DNA of 64,000 nucleotides from IMG/VR virus record IMGVR_UViG_3300031951_021456, positions 62,001 through 126,000 of that record. The stretch is one strand, 5' to 3'. Below are positions 61,115 through 64,000 of this stretch, in pieces. Below the pieces are notes generated by a model. That model saw nothing but the letters and a program-made list of their open reading frames with translations, did not search any database and was not told where the DNA came from. Both the position numbers and the translations under genes were made by a program. Position 1 is the first letter of the stretch. Every line of letters begins with the position of its first letter.

Positions 61115-61582
61115 TTATGAGAATTTATTTTCTGTTTTATTTTTAATATGAATTTTTGTCCTTAGTTTAAATTTTTGGGGGGCTTTATCTCTGTATTTTT
61201 TTGGTATTTTTGGAGCATATACCATACCAGAAGGTTCTTTAGAGATATGTTTTTTGGCATAATCTGGGTCCATTACTGAAGTGTGATATTTTCTACCCCA
61301 GTCATCAACAGCCTGTTGGCCAGAAGTTTTTACAACTTTCCCTGGAGGATTTTTCTTAATATCTTTGGTTGGAACTCTAAATGATATTATTTTAGTTTTC
61401 TTTTCACCATGTCTTTGACCAAAGCTTCTAGCAATTTCTTTATTTGTTGAGGCATAAACCTCGCTAGTATTAAACCCAGATTTTCTAATTTTTCTTTCAG
61501 AACTTTCTGGGGTGCCATGATAGTACCTTGTGAACTTTACTTGTTGCTTAGCTTCTTCAATGAATTCATTAAAGGTTTTCAT
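61115..61582 (-). CDS. Putative capsid-packaged ADP-ribosyltransferase-like protein
   Basis: N-terminus MKTFNEFIEEAK; YYHGT..IRKSGF..VYAST. Confidence 0.5.
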   Translation of the reverse strand: MKTFNEFIEEAKQQVKFTRYYHGTPESSERKIRKSGFNTSEVYASTNKEIARSFGQRHGEKKTKIISFRVPTKDIKKNPPGKVVKTSGQQAVDDWGRKYHTSVMDPDYAKKHISKEPSGMVYAPKIPKKYRDKAPQKFKLRTKIHIKNKTENKFS

Positions 61583-62124
61583 TTTTGATTAGGTATTCTT
61601 TTGGGATTTTGTCTGGGTTTCTTAGGATTTCTTATTGTTGGTTGAGGATTTCTATCAATAGATTGATTTGCAACATCTTTATCAACCATGACGTAAGAAC
61701 CCTTCATATCATAGTGTGCATCTGGCACTCTAACTATTCTCTCACCTTTTTTAATTGCCTCAGCAGATTGAACATGTGGACTTATTTGTTTAGCTCTTTG
61801 GGTTAATTCGTCGCCCGAATACTTTTTAGATAATGATTTCACCTTTTCTGTGTAGTCTTTTTTTGATGTTGTGCTTTTTATCTTTGGATTTACGATTTTT
61901 AGATCAACCCTAGATTTCCCATACTCTCCCCCAATTCTAGAAGAGGGTGTAGTGTAAACTGTTTTATGCCAGTATTGTGCATCTCTAGGGTGATAAGCTC
62001 CAGTTGAGCCGGGTTCAAAACCCTTTTGTAAGATTTTATCTCTACTTTCTTTAGATGTATAATGAGCAGTTCTTAAGATTCTCAGATTTTTTGCTTCTTC
62101 AATGAATTCATTAAAGGTTTTCAT
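61579..62124 (-). CDS. Putative capsid-packaged ADP-ribosyltransferase-like protein
   Basis: N-terminus MKTFNEFIEEAK; AHYTS..KILQKGF..TVYTTP. Confidence 0.45.
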   Translation of the reverse strand: MKTFNEFIEEAKNLRILRTAHYTSKESRDKILQKGFEPGSTGAYHPRDAQYWHKTVYTTPSSRIGGEYGKSRVDLKIVNPKIKSTTSKKDYTEKVKSLSKKYSGDELTQRAKQISPHVQSAEAIKKGERIVRVPDAHYDMKGSYVMVDKDVANQSIDRNPQPTIRNPKKPRQNPKRIPNQK

Positions 62125-62618
62125 TCTATTCCTAAGCGTTGGGCTGCTCTATCCATTCTTGAAGCAAGTGTTCTTTTTTGGGCTTCCTTTTTCAAGATAT
62201 CTGGATTTTCTCTTCTTTGTCTTGCATATTCTCGGTCGCTTTCAATTTGAGCTTTTCTTTCTTCAGCTCTTTTTCTTGCTTCTTCTCTTCTATCTTCAAT
62301 GGCCTTTTGTCTTTGTGCTGAGCCTGGTATTTTTTGATAGCCTCTTACAGTTGCTCTAGTGGCTTCAATTGCCTCAAGAATATTTGAGAACCATTGTTCA
62401 CTCATAACATCTGCAATTACCTCAGCACTTTCAAGTGACTTTGCAAAGCCCTCATTGACAAGATATTCTTTTACCAGCTTTGCTCTATCTTTTCTTATCC
62501 CCATTAGCTCTTGTTCAGTTTGAGCCTTATTGGTTTGATTTTTTCTTGGGGGATTTTTTAGACTATTGGAGCGTCTTTCAATGGCTCTTTTTAGTTCTTC
62601 GTAGCTTTTTGTGTCCAT
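62121..62618 (-). CDS. Putative internal head protein
   Basis: YLVNEGFAKSLESAEVIADVMSEQWFSNILE motif (recalled from cyanophage small proteins) followed by a charged coiled coil; late promoter upstream. Confidence 0.5.
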   Translation of the reverse strand: MDTKSYEELKRAIERRSNSLKNPPRKNQTNKAQTEQELMGIRKDRAKLVKEYLVNEGFAKSLESAEVIADVMSEQWFSNILEAIEATRATVRGYQKIPGSAQRQKAIEDRREEARKRAEERKAQIESDREYARQRRENPDILKKEAQKRTLASRMDRAAQRLGIE

Positions 62619-62631
62619 GAGTTTTTGCTAC

Positions 62632-62639
62632 TATTTATC
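62632..62639 (-). promoter_or_regulatory. T4-type late promoter
   Basis: tatttatc on + reads gataaata on -, 13 nt upstream of ATG 62618. Confidence 0.65.
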
Positions 62640-62679
62640 TTACCTAGATAGTGCGCTACAAATTAAACATGAAATAATT

Positions 62680-63513
62680 ATGGCAAAAGGCTTTCAAATT
62701 AAGGCGCGGGAAACGATGGAAGTTCCAACTTGGGACTATGAACGAATTAAACAGAAGATGCAGGGTAAGACCATTGTATTATGTCTTCCGGGAAGAAGCT
62801 GCTCTTATAGTTTTTTGAAGAGTTTTGTTCAACTCTGTTTTGAACTGGCTGGGAATAATATGAAATTTCATATCAGTCAAGACTATAGCAGTATGGTGAA
62901 CTTTGCTCGCTGTAAGGTATTGGGTGCTAATGTTTTGGCTGGACCTAATCAGAAGCCTTGGCAGGGGCAGCTAGATTATGATTATCAACTTTGGATTGAT
63001 AGTGATATTGCATTTAACCCTGAAAACTTTTGGCAGCTCTGTGATCTTGCTCTTCCAGATGATGCTGTTTCGTATGAAGAAGTTCTTAATGATTCTGGGG
63101 AACTTTTAGGTCATCGTCAGATCATTGATGAATCTAAAACTCATCCTATTTCATCTGGTTGGTATTCAACAGAGGATAGAGTTCATACAGCTTGTGCATT
63201 TTGGCTAGAGGCTGATGAGTTTCGCAAAAATGGTGGTGTTATGAATATGGAAAAGATTGATACTATGCTTGCTCGTAAAAAACCATTTACATGTGATTAT
63301 GTTGGTGGTGGGTGGCTTATGATTCAAAAGGGTGTCTTTGAGAATATGGAATATCCTTGGTGGCCTCCTATGCTACAAACCTTTGAAAATGGAGCAATTG
63401 TTGATTTTTGCGGTGAAGATGTTGGATTCTGTTTGAAGGCCAAAGAAAAAGGCTTTAAAATCTGGGTTGATCCTAGAATTCGCGTTGGACATGAAAAAAC
63501 CTTTCCTATCTAA
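62680..63513 (+). CDS. GT-A fold glycosyltransferase
   Basis: LWIDSD (DxD), VGGGWLMI, GEDVGFC and WVDPRIRVGH; ATG 62680. Confidence 0.8.
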   Translation: MAKGFQIKARETMEVPTWDYERIKQKMQGKTIVLCLPGRSCSYSFLKSFVQLCFELAGNNMKFHISQDYSSMVNFARCKVLGANVLAGPNQKPWQGQLDYDYQLWIDSDIAFNPENFWQLCDLALPDDAVSYEEVLNDSGELLGHRQIIDESKTHPISSGWYSTEDRVHTACAFWLEADEFRKNGGVMNMEKIDTMLARKKPFTCDYVGGGWLMIQKGVFENMEYPWWPPMLQTFENGAIVDFCGEDVGFCLKAKEKGFKIWVDPRIRVGHEKTFPI

Positions 63514-63515
63514 TC

Positions 63516-64000
63516 ATGCTAAACATTCTATACGATGGCCGCATTATCCATCAACAAGTTACAGAAGAAGAAGCAGCGGCAATTCTTCTTGAATTAGCTG
63601 AACAAGCCTATAAAGGCGAAATTGATCAAGACAAAATAGACTTTGAATATCTTTAAAGGAGAAAAACAATGGCAGTAAAAGCAAAAACTAATGAACAACA
63701 AATTCATTCGAGACCAAAGAAATCCAGACAAGGAGATGGAAAGCATACAAAATTTGCAGCAACCTCAAGAAATGGTTCCCGAAAAAAGTCTCGCGGTCAG
63801 GGATGTTGAAGAATGGATTGAAAGAGTCTCTCAGTCTCGCCCAGAGCTGAGGGGCTTTTCTATATGTCCATTTGCAAAAACTGGAGTCTATAAAATCATT
63901 GAATGTCTAGCTAAAGACATTGAAATTGAGAATGGATTTGATGTGATCATTTATATCATTGAGGAATCAGATCTTGATAAGATCAATGAATGGGTGAATC
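63516..64000 (+). other. Three small cyanophage-type CDS (63516-63656, 63669-63809 K/R-rich, 63772 to window end)
   Basis: Manual translation: MLNILYDGRII...; ...KKSRQGDGKHTKFAATSRN...; ...EWIERVSQSRPELRGFSICPFA... Confidence 0.55.

Noticed and set aside
629-62359. Many 60-145-aa ORFs antisense to or out of frame within larger genes (e.g. 629-856, 5418-5732, 8132-8569, 14622-15206, 17101-17520, 30307-30588, 33421-33690)
   Set aside because: They are shadows of well-supported genes, with no promoter, RBS or recognisable motif.
1-64000. tRNA, tmRNA or rRNA genes
   Set aside because: No cloverleaf or T-arm (GTTCRAATC-like) signature was found by eye. tRNAscan-SE or ARAGORN would be needed to exclude them formally.

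Overview
This is a 64 kb piece of an AT-rich T4-like (myovirus) phage genome, most likely a freshwater cyanophage. Support for that call: a cyanobacterial-type TyrRS, T4-type late promoters, T4-type capsid-targeting N-termini and conserved cyanophage-style small ORFs. Layout: (1) 1-3.7 kb is the 3' end of a large tail-fibre/virion protein. (2) About 4.2-60.6 kb is one co-oriented (+) early/host-takeover region of more than 100 mostly small ORFs. It encodes RNA repair and tRNA enzymes (TyrRS, CCA-type nucleotidyltransferase, two RNA ligases, Pnk-like kinase, metallophosphatase, cREC), DNA enzymes (two helicases, DEDDh exonuclease, DenV-like glycosylase, TOPRIM, HNH) and a 13-member paralog family with constant ends and a variable middle. 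It also carries two classes of repeated early promoter that behave like gene cassettes. (3) 61.1-64 kb holds late genes, including two putative capsid-packaged ADP-ribosyltransferase-like proteins and a glycosyltransferase. The standout is a complete phage-encoded ubiquitin-like conjugation operon at 30.3-33.9 kb (Ubl, JAB/JAMM protease, E2 family D, E1/ThiF and a helical ORF), bounded by its own promoter and terminator. Its JAB protease is fused to the conserved domain of the expanded paralog family. All functional calls come from reading motifs by eye; no database searches were run. No tRNA/rRNA genes or CRISPR arrays were recognised.
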